DNA of 64,000 bases from Eledone cirrhosa (Eukaryota): the NCBI GenBank assembly GCA_964016885.1, contig OZ024740.1, positions 416,330,001 through 416,394,000 of the forward strand, given 5' to 3'. A program made the position numbers and the translations under genes. Below the pieces are notes generated by a model. That model was not told the DNA's origin. It did no database searches and saw nothing but the letters and a program-made list of their open reading frames with translations. Below, piece after piece: positions 38,801 to 56,800 of this stretch (the stretch's first letter is position 1; each line of letters starts with the position of its first letter).

Positions 38801-41800
38801 CTCATTACACTTTATCATTAAAAGGATATTACCATACTCATTACACGTTATCATTAAAAGGATATTACCATACTCATTACACGTTATCATTAAAAGGCTA
38901 TTACCATACTCATTACACTTTATCATTAAAAGGATATTACCATACTCATTACACGTTATCATTAAAAGGATATTACCATACTCATTACACGTTATCATTA
39001 AAAGGCTATTACCATACTCATTACACTTTATCATTAAAAGGATATTACCATACTCATTACACGTTATCATTAAAAGGATATTACCATACTCATTACACTT
39101 TATCATTAAAAGGATATTACCATACTCATTACACTTTATCATTAAAAGGCTATTACCATACTCATTACAGTTTATAATTAAAAGGATATTACCATACTCA
39201 TTACACGTTATCATTAAAAGGCTATTACCATACTCATTACACTTTATCATTAAAAGGATATTACCATACTCATTACACGTTATCATTAAAAGGATATTAC
39301 CATACTCATTACACGTTATCATTAAAAGGCTATTACCATACTCATTACACTTTATCATTAAAAGGATATTACCATACTCATTACACGTTAAGATTAAAAG
39401 GATATTACCATACTCATTACACGTTATCATTAAAAGGATATTACCATACTCATTACACTTTATCATTAAAAGGATATTACCATACTCATTACACGTTATC
39501 ATTAAAAGGCTATTACCATACTCATTACACTTTATCATTAATAGGATATTACCATACTCATTACACGTTATCATTAAAAGGATATTACCATACTCATTAC
39601 ACGTTATCATTAAAAGGCTATTACCATACTCATTACACTTTATCATTAAAAGGATATTACCATACTCATTACACGTTATCATTAAAAGGATATTACCATA
39701 CTCATTACACTTTATCATTAAAAGGATATTACCATACTCATTACACTTTATCATTAAAAGGATATTACCATACTCATTACACTTTATCATTAAAAGGCTA
39801 TTACCATACTCATTACACTTTATCACTAAAAGGATATTACCATACTCATTACACTTTATCATTAAAAGGATATTACCATACTCATTACACGTTATCATTA
39901 AAAGGATATTACCATACTCATTACACTTTATCATTAAAAGGATATTACCATACTCATTACACTTTATCATTAAAAGGCTATTACCATACTCATTACAGTT
40001 TATAATTAAAAGGATATTACCATACTCATTACACGTTATCATTAAAAGGCTATTACCATACTCATTACACTTTATCATTAAAAGGATATTACCATACTCA
40101 TTACACGTTATCATTAAAAGGATATTACCATACTCATTACACGTTATCATTAAAAGGCTATTACCATACTCATTACACTTTATCATTAAAAGGATATTAC
40201 CATACTCATTACACGTTAACATTAAAAGGATATTACCATACTCATTACACGTTATCATTAAAAGGATATTACCATACTCATTACACGTTATCACTAAAAG
40301 GCTATTACCATACTCATTACACTTTATCATTAAAAGGCTATTACCATACTCATTACACTTTATCACTAAAAGGATATTACCATACTCATTACACTTTATC
40401 ATTAAAAGGATATTACCATACTCATTACACGTTATCATTAAAAGGATATTACCATACTCATTACACGTTATCATTAAAAGGCTATTACCATACTCATTAC
40501 ACTTTATCATTAAAAGGATATTACCATACTCATTACACGTTATCATTAAAAGGATATTACCATACTCATTACACGTTATCATTAAAAGGCTATTACCATA
40601 CTCATTACACTTTATCATTAAAAGGATATTACCATACTCATTACACGTTATCATTAAAAGGATATTACAATACTCATTACACTTTATCATTAAAAGGATA
40701 TTACCATACTCATTACACTTTATCATTAAAAGGCTATTACCATACTCATTACACTTTATCATTAAAAGGATATTACCATACTCATTACACGTTATCATTA
40801 AAAGGCTATTACCATACTCATTACACTTTATCATTAAAAGGATATTACCATACTCATTACACTTTATCATTAAAAGGATATTACCATACTCATTACACTT
40901 TATCATTAAAAGGCTATTACCATACTCATTACACTTTATCACTAAAAGGATATTACCATACTCATTACACTTTATCACTAAAAGGATATTACCATACTCA
41001 TTACACTTTATCATTAAAAGGATATTACCATACTCATTACACTTTATCACTAAAAGGATATTACCATACTCATTACACTTTATCACTAATAGGATATTAC
41101 CATACTCATTACACTTTATCATTAAAAGGATATTACCATACTCATTACACTTTATCATTAAAAGGCTATTACCATACTCATTACACTTTATCACTAAAAG
41201 GATATTACCATACTCATTACACGTTATCATTAAAATGATATTACCATACTCATTACACTTTATATTAAAAAGGATATTACCATACGCATTACACTTTATC
41301 ACTAAAAGGATATTACCATACTCATTACACTTTATCATTAAAAGGATATTACCATACTCATTACACTTTATCATTAAAAGGATATTACCATACTCATTAC
41401 ACTTTATCACTAAAAGGATATTACCATACTCATTACACGTTATCATTAAAAGGATATTACCATACTCATTACACTTTATCACTAAAAGGATATTACCATA
41501 CTCATTACACTTTATCACTAAAAGGATATTACCATACTCATTACACTTTATCATTAAAAGGATATTACCATACTCATTACACTTTATCATTAAAAGGATA
41601 TTACCATACTCATTACACTTTATCATTAAAAGGCTATTACCATACTCATTACACTTTATCACTAAAAGGATATTACCATACTCATTACACTTTATCATTA
41701 AAAGGATATTACCATACTCATTACACGTTATCATTAAAAGGATATTACCATACTCATTACACTTTATCATTAAAAGGATATTACCATACTCATTACACTT

Positions 41801-44800
41801 TATCATTAAAAGGCTATTACCATACTCATTACAGTTTATAATTAAAAGGATATTACCATACTCATTACACGTTATCATTAAAAGGCTATTACCATACTCA
41901 TTACACTTTATCATTAAAAGGATATTACCATACTCATTACACGTTATCATTAAAAGGATATCACCATACTCATTACACGTTATCATTAAAAGGCTATTAC
42001 CATACTCATTACACTTTATCATTAAAAGGATATTACCATACTCATTACACGTTAACATTAAAAGGATATTACCATACTCATTACACGTTATCATTAAAAG
42101 GATATTACCATACTCATTACACTTTATCATTAAAAGGATATTACCATACTCATTACACGTTATCATTAAAAGGATATTACCATACTCATTACACGTTATC
42201 ATTAAAAGGCTATTACCATACTCATTACACTTTATCATTAAAAGGATATTACCATACTCATTACACGTTATCATTAAAAGGATATTACCATACTCATTAC
42301 ACTTTATCATTAAAAGGCTATTACCATACTCATTACACTTTATCATTAAAAGGATATTACCATACTCATTACACGTTATCACTAAAAGGCTATTACCATA
42401 CTCATTACACTTTATCATTAAAAGGCTATTACCATACTCATTACACTTTATCACTAAAAGGATATTACCATACTCATTACACTTTATCATTAAAAGGATA
42501 TTACCATACTCATTACACGTTATCATTAAAAGGATATTACCATACTCATTACACGTTATCATTAAAAGGCTATTACCATACTCATTACACTTTATCATTA
42601 AAAGGATATTACCATACTCATTACACGTTATCATTAAAAGGATATTACCATACTCATTACACGTTATCATTAAAAGGCTATTACCATACTCATTACACTT
42701 TATCATTAAAAGGATATTACCATACTCATTACACGTTATCATTAAAAGGATATTACAATACTCATTACACTTTATCATTAAAAGGATATTACCATACTCA
42801 TTACACTTTATCATTAAAAGGCTATTACCATACTCATTACACTTTATCATTAAAAGGATATTACCATACTCATTACACGTTATCATTAAAAGGCTATTAC
42901 CATACTCATTACACTTTATCATTAAAAGGATATTACCATACTCATTACACTTTATCATTAAAAGGATATTACCATACTCATTACACTTTATCATTAAAAG
43001 GCTATTACCATACTCATTACACTTTATCACTAAAAGGATATTACCATACTCATTACACTTTATCACTAAAAGGATATTACCATACTCATTACACTTTATC
43101 ATTAAAAGGATATTACCATACTCATTACACTTTATCACTAAAAGGATATTACCATACTCATTACACTTTATCACTAATAGGATATTACCATACTCATTAC
43201 ACTTTATCATTAAAAGGATATTACCATACTCATTACACTTTATCATTAAAAGGCTATTACCATACTCATTACACTTTATCACTAAAAGGATATTACCATA
43301 CTCATTACACGTTATCATTAAAATGATATTACCATACTCATTACACTTTATATTAAAAAGGATATTACCATACTCATTACACTTTATCACTAAAAGGATA
43401 TTACCATACTCATTACACTTTATCATTAAAAGGATATTACCATACTCATTACACTTTATCATTAAAAGGATATTACCATACTCATTACACTTTATCACTA
43501 AAAGGATATTACCATACTCATTACACGTTATCATTAAAAGGATATTACCATACTCATTACACTTTATCACTAAAAGGATATTACCATACTCATTACACTT
43601 TATCACTAAAAGGATATTACCATACTCATTACACTTTATCATTAAAAGGATATTACCATACTCATTACACGTTATCATTAAAAGGATATTACCATACTCA
43701 TTACACTTTATCATTAAAAGGCTATTACCATACTCATTACACTTTATCATTAAAAGGATATTACCATACTCATTACACGTTATCATTAAAAGGCTATTAC
43801 CATACTCATTACACTTTATCATTAAAAGGATATTACCATACTCATTACACGTTATCACTAAAAGGATATTACCATACTCATTACACGTTATCACTAAAAG
43901 GATATTACCATACTCATTACACGTTATCATTAAAAGGCTATTACCATACTCATTATACTTTATCATTAAAAGGATATTACCATACTCATTACACGTTATC
44001 ACTAAAAGGATATTACCATACTCATTACACGTTATCACTAAAAGGATATTACCATACTCATTACACTTTATCATTAAAAGGCTATTACCATACTCATTAT
44101 ACTTTATCATTAAAAGGATATTACCATACTCATTACACGTTATCACTAAAAGGATATTACCATACTCATTACACTTTATCATTAAAAGGATATTACCATA
44201 CTCATTAGACTTTATCACTAAAGGATATTACCATACTCATTACACTTTATCACTAAAAGGATATTACCATACTCATTACACTTTATCATTAAAAGGATAT
44301 TACCATACTCATTACACTTTATCAGTAAAAGGATATTACCATACTCATTACACTTTATCACTAAAAGGATATAACCATACTCATTACACTTTATCACTAA
44401 AAGGATATTACCATACTCATTACACTTTATCATTAAAAGGATATTACCATACTCATTACACTTTATCACTAAAAGGATATTACCATACTCATTACACTTT
44501 ATCACTAAAAGGATATTACCATACTCATTACACCTTATCACTAAAAGGATATTACCATACTCATTACACGTTATCATTAAAAGGATATTACCATACTCAT
44601 TACACTTTATCATTAAAAGGATATTACCATACTCATTACACGTTATCATTAAAAGGCTATTACCATACACATTACACTTTATCATTAAAAGGATATTACC
44701 ATACTCATTACACGTTATCATTAAAAGGATATTACCATACTCATTACACGTTATCATTAAAAGGCTATTACCATACTCGTTACACTTTATCATTAAAAGG

Positions 44801-47800
44801 ATATTACCATACTCATTACACGTTATCATTAAAAGGATATTACCATACTCATTACACGTTATCATTAAAAGGCTATTACCATACTCATTACACTTTATCA
44901 TTAAAAGGATATTACCATACTCATTACACGTTATCATTAAAAGGATATTACCATACTCATTACACTTTATCATTAAAAGGATATTAACCATACTCATTAC
45001 ACTTTATCATTAAAAGGCTATTACCATACTCATTACACTTTATCATTAAAAGGATATTACCATACTCATTACACGTTATCATTAAAAGGCTATTACCATA
45101 CTCATTACACTTTATCATTAAAAGGATATTACCATACTCATTACACGTTATCATTAAAAGGATATTACCATACTCATTACACGTTATCATTAAAAGGCTA
45201 TTACCATACTCATTACACTTTATCATTAAAAGGATATTACCATACTCATTACACGTTATCATTAAAAGGATATTACCATACTCATTACACGTTATCATTA
45301 AAAGGCTATTACCATACTCATTACACTTTATCATTAAAAGGCTATTACCATACTCATTACACTTTATCATTAAAAGGATATTACCATACACATTACACGT
45401 TATCATTAAAAGGATATTACCATACTCATTACACGTTATCATTAAAAGGATATTACCATACACATTACACGTTATCATTAAAAGGATATTACCATACTCA
45501 TTACACGTTATCATTAAAAGGACATTACCATACTCATTACACGTTATCATTAAAAGGCTATTACCATACTCATTACACTTTATCACTAAAAGGATATTAC
45601 CATACTCATTACACTTTATCACTAATAGGATATTACCATACTCATTACACTTTATCATTAAAAGGATATTACCATACTCATTACACTTTATCATTAAAAG
45701 GCTATTACCATACTCATTACACTTTATCACTAAAAGGATATTACCATACTCATTACACTTTATATTAAAAAGGATATTACCATACTCATTACACTTTATC
45801 ACTAAAAGGATATTACCATACTCATTACACTTTATCATTAAAAGGATATTACCATACTCATTACACTTTATCATTAAAAGGATATTACCATACTCATTAC
45901 ACTTTATCACTAAAAGGATATTACCATACTCATTACACTTTATCACTAAAAGGATATTACCATACTCATTACACTTTATCATTAAAAGGATATTACCATA
46001 CTCATTACACGTTATCATTAAAAGGATATTACCATACTCATTACACTTTATCATTAAAAGGCTATTACCATACTCATTACACTTTATCATTAAAAGGATA
46101 TTACCATACTCATTACACGTTATCATTAAAAGGCTATTACCATACTCATTACACTTTATCATTAAAAGGATATTACCATACTCATTACACGTTATCACTA
46201 AAAGGATATTACCATACTCATTACACGTTATCACTAAAAGGATATTACCATACTCATTACACGTTATCATTAAAAGGCTATTACCATACTCATTACACTT
46301 TATCATTAAAAGGATATTACCATACTCATTACACGTTATCACTAAAAGGATATTACCATACTCATTACACGTTATCACTAAAAGGATATTACCATACTCA
46401 TTACACTTTATCATTAAAAGGCTATTACCATACTCATTATACTTTATCATTAAAAGGATATTACCATACTCATTACACGTTATCACTAAAAGGATATTAC
46501 CATACTCATTACACTTTATCATTAAAAGGATATTACCATACTCATTAGACTTTATCACTAAAAGGATATTACCATACTCATTACACTTTATCACTAAAAG
46601 GATATTACCATACTCATTACACTTTATCATTAAAAGGATATTACCATACTCATTACACTTTATCAGTAAAAGGATATTACCATACTCATTACACTTTATC
46701 ACTAAAAGGATATTACCATACTCATTACACTTTATCACTAAAAGGATATTACCATACTCATTACACTTTATCATTAAAAGGATATTACCATACTCATTAC
46801 ACTTTATCACTAAAAGGATATTACCATACTCATTACACTTTATCACTAAAAGGATATTACCATACTCATTACACTTTATCACTAAAAGGATATTACCATA
46901 CTCATTACACGTTATCATTAAAAGGATATTACCATACTCATTACACTTTATCATTAAAAGGATATTACCATACTCATTACACGTTATCATTAAAAGGCTA
47001 TTACCATACTCATTACACTTTATCATTAAAAGGATATTACCATACTCATTACACGTTATCATTAAAAGGATATTACCATACTCATTACACGTTATCATTA
47101 AAAGGCTATTACCATACTCGTTACACTTTATCATTAAAAGGATATTACCATACTCATTACACGTTATCATTAAAAGGATATTACCATACTCATTACACGT
47201 TATCATTAAAAGGCTATTACCATACTCATTACACTTTATCATTAAAAGGATATTACCATACTCATTACACGTTATCATTAAAAGGATATTACCATACTCA
47301 TTACACTTTATCATTAAAAGGATATTACCATACTCATTACACTTTATCATTAAAAGGCTATTACCATACTCATTACACTTTATCATTAAAAGGATATTAC
47401 CATACTCATTACACGTTATCATTAAAAGGCTATTACCATACTCATTACACTTTATCATTAAAAGGATATTACCATACTCATTACACGTTATCATTAAAAG
47501 GATATTACCATACTCATTACACGTTATCATTAAAAGGCTATTACCATACTCATTACACTTTATCATTAAAAGGATATTACCATACTCATTACACGTTATC
47601 ATTAAAAGGATATTACCATACTCATTACACTTTATCACTAAAAGGATATTACCATACTCATTACACGTTATCATTAAAAGGCTATTACCATACTCATTAC
47701 ACTTTATCATTAAAAGGCTATTACCATACTCATTACACTTTATCATTAAAAGGATATTACCATACTCATTACACGTTATCATTAAAAGGCTATTACCATA

Positions 47801-50800
47801 CTCATTACACTTTATCATTAAAAGGCTATTACCATACTCATTACACTTTATCATTAAAAGGATATTACCATACTCATTACACGTTATCACTAAAAGGATA
47901 TTACCATACTCATTACACGTTATCATTAAAAGGCTATTACCATACTCATTACACTTTATCATTAAAAGGATATTACCATACTCATTACACGTTATCATTA
48001 AAAGGATATTACCATACTCATTACACGTTATCATTAAAAGGCTATTACCATACTCATTACACTTTATCATTAAAAGGATATTACCATACTCATTACACGT
48101 TATCATTAAAAGGATATTACCATACTCATTACACTTTATCATTAAAAGGATATTACCATACTCATTACACTTTATCATTAAAAGGCTATTACCATACTCA
48201 TTACACTTTATCATTAAAAGGATATTACCATACTCATTACACGTTATCATTAAAAGGCTATTACCATACTCATTACACTTTATCATTAAAAGGATATTAC
48301 CATACTCATTACACTTTATCATTAAAAGGATATTACCATACTCATTACACTTTATCATTAAAAGGCTATTACCATACTCATTACACTTTATCACTAAAAG
48401 GATATTACCATACTCATTACACTTTATCACTAAAAGGATATTACCATACTCATTACACTTTATCATTAAAAGGATATTACCATACTCATTACACTTTATC
48501 ACTAAAAGGATATTACCATACTCATTACACTTTATCATTAAAAGGATATTACCATACTCATTAGACTTTATCAGTAAAAGGATATTACCATACTCATTAC
48601 ACTTTATCACTAAAAGGATATTACCATACTCATTACACTTTATCACTAAAAGGATATTACCATACTCATTACACTTTATCATTAAAAGGATATTACCATA
48701 CTCATTACACTTTATCACTAAAAGGATATTACCATACTCATTACACTTTATCACTAAAAGGATATTACCATACTCATTACACTTTATCACTAAAAGGATA
48801 TTACCATACTCATTACACGTTATCATTAAAAGGATATTACCATACTCATTACACTTTATCATTAAAAGGATATTACCATACTCATTACACGTTATCATTA
48901 AAAGGCTATTACCATACTCATTACACTTTATCATTAAAAGGATATTACCATACTCATTACACGTTATCATTAAAAGGATATTACCATACTCATTACACGT
49001 TATCATTAAAAGGCTATTACCATACTCGTTACACTTTATCATTAAAAGGATATTACCATACTCATTACACGTTATCATTAAAAGGATATTACCATACTCA
49101 TTACACGTTATCATTAAAAGGCTATTACCATACTCATTACACTTTATCATTAAAAGGATATTACCATACTCATTACACGTTATCATTAAAAGGATATTAC
49201 CATACTCATTACACTTTATCATTAAAAGGATATTACCATACTCATTACACTTTATCATTAAAAGGCTATTACCATACTCATTACACTTTATCATTAAAAG
49301 GATATTACCATACTCATTACACGTTATCATTAAAAGGCTATTACCATACTCATTACACTTTATCATTAAAAGGATATTACCATACTCATTACACGTTATC
49401 ATTAAAAGGATATTACCATACTCATTACACGTTATCATTAAAAGGCTATTACCATACTCATTACACTTTATCATTAAAAGGATATTACCATACTCATTAC
49501 ACGTTATCATTAAAAGGATATTACCATACTCATTACACTTTATCACTAAAAGGATATTACCATACTCATTACACGTTATCATTAAAAGGCTATTACCATA
49601 CTCATTACACTTTATCATTATAAGGCTATTACCATACTCATTACACTTTATCATTAAAAGGATATTACCATACTCATTACACGTTATCATTAAAAGGCTA
49701 TTACCATACTCATTACACTTTATCATTAAAAGGCTATTACCATACTCATTACACTTTATCATTAAAAGGATATTACCATACTCATTACACGTTATCACTA
49801 AAAGGATATTACCATACTCATTACACGTTATCATTAAAAGGCTATTACCATACTCATTACACTTTATCATTAAAAGGATATTACCATACTCATTACACGT
49901 TATCATTAAAAGGATATTACCATACTCATTACACGTTATCATTAAAAGGCTATTACCATACTCATTACACTTTATCATTAAAAGGATATTACCATACTCA
50001 TTACACGTTATCATTAAAAGGATATTACCATACTCATTACACTTTATCATTAAAAGGATATTACCATACTCATTACACTTTATCATTAAAAGGCTATTAC
50101 CATACTCATTACACTTTATCATTAAAAGGATATTACCATACTCATTACACGTTATCATTAAAAGGCTATTACCATACTCATTACACTTTATCATTAAAAG
50201 GATATTACCATACTCATTACACTTTATCATTAAAAGGATATTACCATACTCATTACACTTTATCATTAAAAGGCTATTACCATACTCATTACACTTTATC
50301 ACTAAAAGGATATTACCATACTCATTACACTTTATCACTAAAAGGATATTACCATACTCATTACACTTTATCATTAAAAGGATATTACCATACTCATTAC
50401 ACTTTATCACTAAAAGGATATTACCATACTCATTACACTTTATCATTAAAAGGATATTACCATACTCATTACACTTTATCATTAAAAGGCTATTACCATA
50501 CTCATTACACTTTATCACTAAAAGGATATTACCATACTCATTACACGTTATCATTAAAATGATATTACCATACTCATTACACTTTATATTAAAAAGGATA
50601 TTACCATACTCATTACACTTTATCACTAAAAGGATATTACCATACTCATTACACTTTATCATTAAAAGGATATTACCATACTCATTACACTTTATCATTA
50701 AAAGGATATTACCATGCTCATTATACTTTATCACTAAAAGGATATTACCATACTCATTACACTTTATCACTAAAAGGATATTACCATACTCATTACACTT

Positions 50801-53800
50801 TATCATTAAAAGGATATTACCATACTCATTACACGTTATCATTAAAAGGATATTACCATACTCATTACACTTTATCATTAAAAGGCTATTACCATACTCA
50901 TTACACTTTATCATTAAAAGGATATTACCATACTCATTACACGTTATCACTAAAAGGATATTACCATACTCATTACACGTTATCACTAAAAGGATATTAC
51001 CATACTCATTACACGTTATCATTAAAAGGATATTACCATACTCATTACACGTTATCACTAAAAGGATATTACCATACTCATTACACTTTATCACTAAAAG
51101 GATATTACCATACTCATTACACTTTATCACTAAAAGGATATTACCATACTCATTACACGTTATCATTAAAAGGATATTACCATACTCATTACACTTTATC
51201 ATTAAAAGGATATTACCATACTCATTACACGTTATCATTAAAAGGCTATTACCATACTCATTACACTTTATCATTAAAAGGATATTACCATACTCATTAC
51301 ACGTTATCATTAAAAGGATATTACCATACTCATTACACGTTATCATTAAAAGGCTATTACCATACTCGTTACACTTTATCATTAAAAGGATATTACCATA
51401 CTCATTACACGTTATCATTAAAAGGATATTACCATACTCATTACACGTTATCATTAAAAGGCTATTACCATACTCATTACACTTTATCATTAAAAGGATA
51501 TTACCATACTCATTACACGTTATCATTAAAAGGATATTACCGTACTCATTACACGTTATCATTAAAAGGCTATTACCATACTCATTACACTTTATCATTA
51601 AAAGGATATTACCATACTCATTACACGTTATCATTAAAAGGATATTACCATACTCATTACACGTTATCATTAAAAGGCTATTACCATACTCATTACACTT
51701 TATCATTAAAAGGATATTACCATACTCATTACACGTTATCATTAAAAGGATATTACCATACTCATTACACTTTATCACTAAAAGGATATTACCATACTCA
51801 TTACACGTTATCATTAAAAGGCTATTACCATACTCATTACACTTTATCATTAAAAGGCTATTACCATACTCATTACACTTTATCATTAAAAGGATATTAC
51901 CATACTCATTACACGTTATCATTAAAAGGATATTACCATACTCATTACACGTTATCATTAAAAGGCTATTACCATACTCATTACACTTTATCATTAAAAG
52001 GATATTACCATACTCATTACACGTTATCATTAAAAGGATATTACCATACTCATTACACTTTATCATTAAAAGGCTATTACCATACTCATTACACTTTATC
52101 ATTAAAAGGATATTACCATACCCATTACACGTTATCACTAAAAGGTTATTACCATACTCATTACACTTTATCATTAAAAGGCTATTACCATACTCATTAC
52201 ACTTTATCACTAAAAGGATATTACCATACTCATTACACTTTATCATTAAAAGGATATTACCATACTCATTACACGTTATCATTAAAAGGATATTACCATA
52301 CTCATTACACGTTATCATTAAAAGGCTATTACCATACTCATTACACTTTATCATTAAAAGGATATTACCATACTCATTACACGTTATCATTAAAAGGATA
52401 TTACCATACTCATTACACGTTATCATTAAAAGGCTATTACCATACTCATTACACTTTATCATTAAAAGGATATTACCATACTCATTACACGTTATCATTA
52501 AAAGGATATTACCATACTCATTACACTTTATCATTAAAAGGATATTACCATACTCATTACACTTTATCATTAAAAGGCTATTACCATACTCATTACACTT
52601 TATCATTAAAAGGATATTACCATACTCATTACACGTTATCATTAAAAGGCTATTACCATACTCATTACACTTTATCATTAAAAAGATATTACCATACTCA
52701 TTACACGTTATCATTAAAAGGATATTACCATACTCATTACACGTTATCATTAAAAGGCTATTACCATACTCATTACACTTTATCATTAAAAGGATATTAC
52801 CATACTCATTACACGTTATCATTAAAAGGATATTACCATACTCATTACACGTTATCATTAAAAGGATATTACCATACTCATTACACTTTATCATTAAAAG
52901 GATATTACCATACTCATTACACGTTATCATTAAAAGGCTATTACCATACTCATTACACTTTATCATTAAAAGGATATTACCATACTCATTACACGTTATC
53001 ATTAAAAGGATATTACCATACTCATTACACGTTATCATTAAAAGGCTATTACCATACTCATTACACTTTATCATTAAAAGGCTATTACCATACTCATTAC
53101 ACTTTATCATTAAAAGGATATTACCATACTCATTACACGTTATCATTAAAAGGATATTACCATACTCATTACACTTTATCATTAAAAGGCTATTACCATA
53201 CTCATTACACTTTATCATTAAAAGGATATTACCATACTCATTACACGTTATCACTAAAAGGCTATTACCATACTCATTACACTTTATCATTAAAAGGCTA
53301 TTACCATACTCATTACACTTTATCACTAAAAGGATATTACCATACTCATTACACTTTATCATTAAAAGGATATTACCATACTCATTACACGTTATCATTA
53401 AAAGGATATTACCATACTCATTACACGTTATCATTAAAAGGCTATTACCATACTCATTACACGTTATCATTAAAAGGATATTACCATACTCATTACACGT
53501 TATCATTAAAAGGCTATTACCATACTCATTACACTTTATCATTAAAAGGATATTACCATACTCATTACACGTTATCATTAAAAGGATATTACCATACTCA
53601 TTACACGTTATCATTAAAAGGCTATTACCATACTCATTACACTTTATCACTAAAAGGATATTACCATACTCATTACACTTTATCACTAAAAGGATATTAC
53701 CATACTCATTACACTTTATCATTAAAAGGATATTACCATACTCATTACACTTTATCATTAAAAGGATATTACCATACTCATTACACTTTATCATTAAAAA

Positions 53801-56800
53801 GCTATTACCATACTCATTGCACTTTATCATTAAAAGGATATTACCATACTCATTACACGTTATAATTAAAAGGCTATTACCATACTTATTACACTTTATC
53901 ATTAAAAGGATATTACCATACTCATTACACGTTATCACTAAAAGGATATTACCATACTCATTACACGTTATCACTAAAAGGATATTACCATACTCATTAC
54001 ACGTTATCATTAAAAGGCTATTACCATACTCATTACACTTTATCATTAAAAGGATATTACCATACTCATTACACGTTATCACTAAAAGGATATTACCATA
54101 CTCATTACACTTTATCATTAAAAGGCTATTACCATACTCATTATACTTTATCATTTGAAGGATATTACCATACTCATTACACGTTATCACTAAAAGGATA
54201 TTACCATACTCATTACACGTTATCACTAAAAGGATATTACCATACTCATTACACTTTATCATTAAAAGGATATTACCATACTCATTACACTTTATCAGTA
54301 AAAGGATATTACCATACTCATTACACTTTATCACTAAAAGGATATTACCATACTCATTACACTTTATCATTAAAAGGATATTACCATACTCATTACACTT
54401 TATCACTAAAAGGATATTACCATACTCATTACACTTTATCACTAAAAGGATATTACCATACTCATTACACTTTATCACTAAAAGGATATTACCATACTCA
54501 TTACACGTTATCATTAAAAGGATATTACCATACTCATTACACTTTATCATTAAAAGGATATTACCATACTCATTACACGTTATCATTAAAAGGCTATTAC
54601 CATACTCATTACACTTTATCATTAAAAGGATATTACCATACTCATTACACGTTATCATTAAAAGGATATTACCATACACATTACACGTTATCATTAAAAG
54701 GATATTACCATACTCATTACACTTTATCATTAAAAGGATATTACCGTACTCATTACACGTTATCATTAAAAGGCTATTACCATACTCATTACACTTTATC
54801 ATTAAAAGGATATTACCATACTCATTACACGTTATCATTAAAAGGATATTACCATACTCATTACACGTTATCATTAAAAGGATATTACCATAATCATTAC
54901 ACTTTATCACTAAAAGGATATTACCATACTCATTACACGTTATCATTAAAAGGCTATTACCATACTCATTACACTTTATCATTAAAAGGCTATTACCATA
55001 CTCATTACACTTTATCATTAAAAGGATATTACCATACTCATTACACGTTATCATTAAAAGGATATTACCATACTCATTACACGTTATCATTAAAAGGCTA
55101 TTACCATACTCATTACACTTTATCATTAAAAGGATATTACCATACTCATTACACGTTATCATTAAAAGGATATTACCATACTCATTACACTTTATCATTA
55201 AAAGGCTATTACCATACTCATTACACTTTATCATTAAAAGGATATTACCATACTCATTACACGTTATCACTAAAAGGCTATTACCATACTCATTACACTT
55301 TATCATTAAAAGGCTATTACCATACTCATTACACTTTATCACTAAAAGGATATTACCATACTCATTACACTTTATCATTAAAAGGATATTACCATACACA
55401 TTACACGTTATCATTAAAAGGATATTACCATACTCATTACACGTTATCATTAAAAGGCTATTACCATACTCATTACACTTTATCATTAAAAGGATATTAC
55501 CATACTCATTACACGTTATCATTAAAAGGATATTACCATACTCATTACACGTTATCATTAAAAGGCTATTACCATACTCATTACACTTTATCATTAAAAG
55601 GATATTACCATACTCATTACACGTTATCATTAAAAGGATATTACCATACTCATTACACTTTATCATTAAAAGGATATTACCATACTCATTACACTTTATC
55701 ATTAAAAGGCTATTACCATACTCATTACACTTTATCATTAAAAGGATATTACCATACTCATTACACGTTATCATTAAAAGGCTATTACCATACTCATTAC
55801 ACTTTATCATTAAAAGGATATTACCATACTCATTACACGTTATCATTAAAAGGATATTACCATACTCATTACACGTTATCATTAAAAGGCTATTACCATA
55901 CTCATTACACTTTATCATTAAAAGGATATTACCATACTCATTACACGTTATCATTAAAAGGATATTACCATACTCATTACACGTTATCATTAAAAGGATA
56001 TTACCATACTCATTACACTTTATCATTAAAAGGATATTACCATACTCATTACACGTTATCATTAAAAGGCTATTACCATACTCATTACACTTTATCATTA
56101 AAAGGATATTACCATACTCATTACACGTTATCATTAAAAGGATATTACCATACTCATTACACGTTATCATTAAAAGGCTATTACCATACTCATTACACTT
56201 TATCATTAAAAGGATATTACCATACTCATTACACGTTATCATTAAAAGGATATTACCATACTCATTACACTTTATCACTAAAAGGATATTACCATACTCA
56301 TTACACGTTATCATTAAAAGGCTATTACCATACTCATTACACTTTATCATTAAAAGGCTATTACCATACTCATTACACTTTATCATTAAAAGGATATTAC
56401 CATACTCATTACACGTTATCATTAAAAGGATATTACGATACTCATTACACGTTATCATTAAAAGGCTATTACCATACTCATTACACTTTATCATTAAAAG
56501 GATATTACCATACTCATTACACGTTATCATTAAAAGGATATTACCATACTCATTACACTTTATCATTAAAAGGCTATTACCATACTCATTACACTTTATC
56601 ATTAAAAGGATATTACCATACTCATTACACGTTATCATTAAAAGGCTATTACCATACTCATTACACTTTATCATTAAAAGGATATTACCATACTCATTAC
56701 ACGTTATCATTAAAAGGATATTACCATACTCATTACACGTTATCACTAAAAGGATATTACCATACTCATTACACGTTATCATTAAAAGGATATTACCATA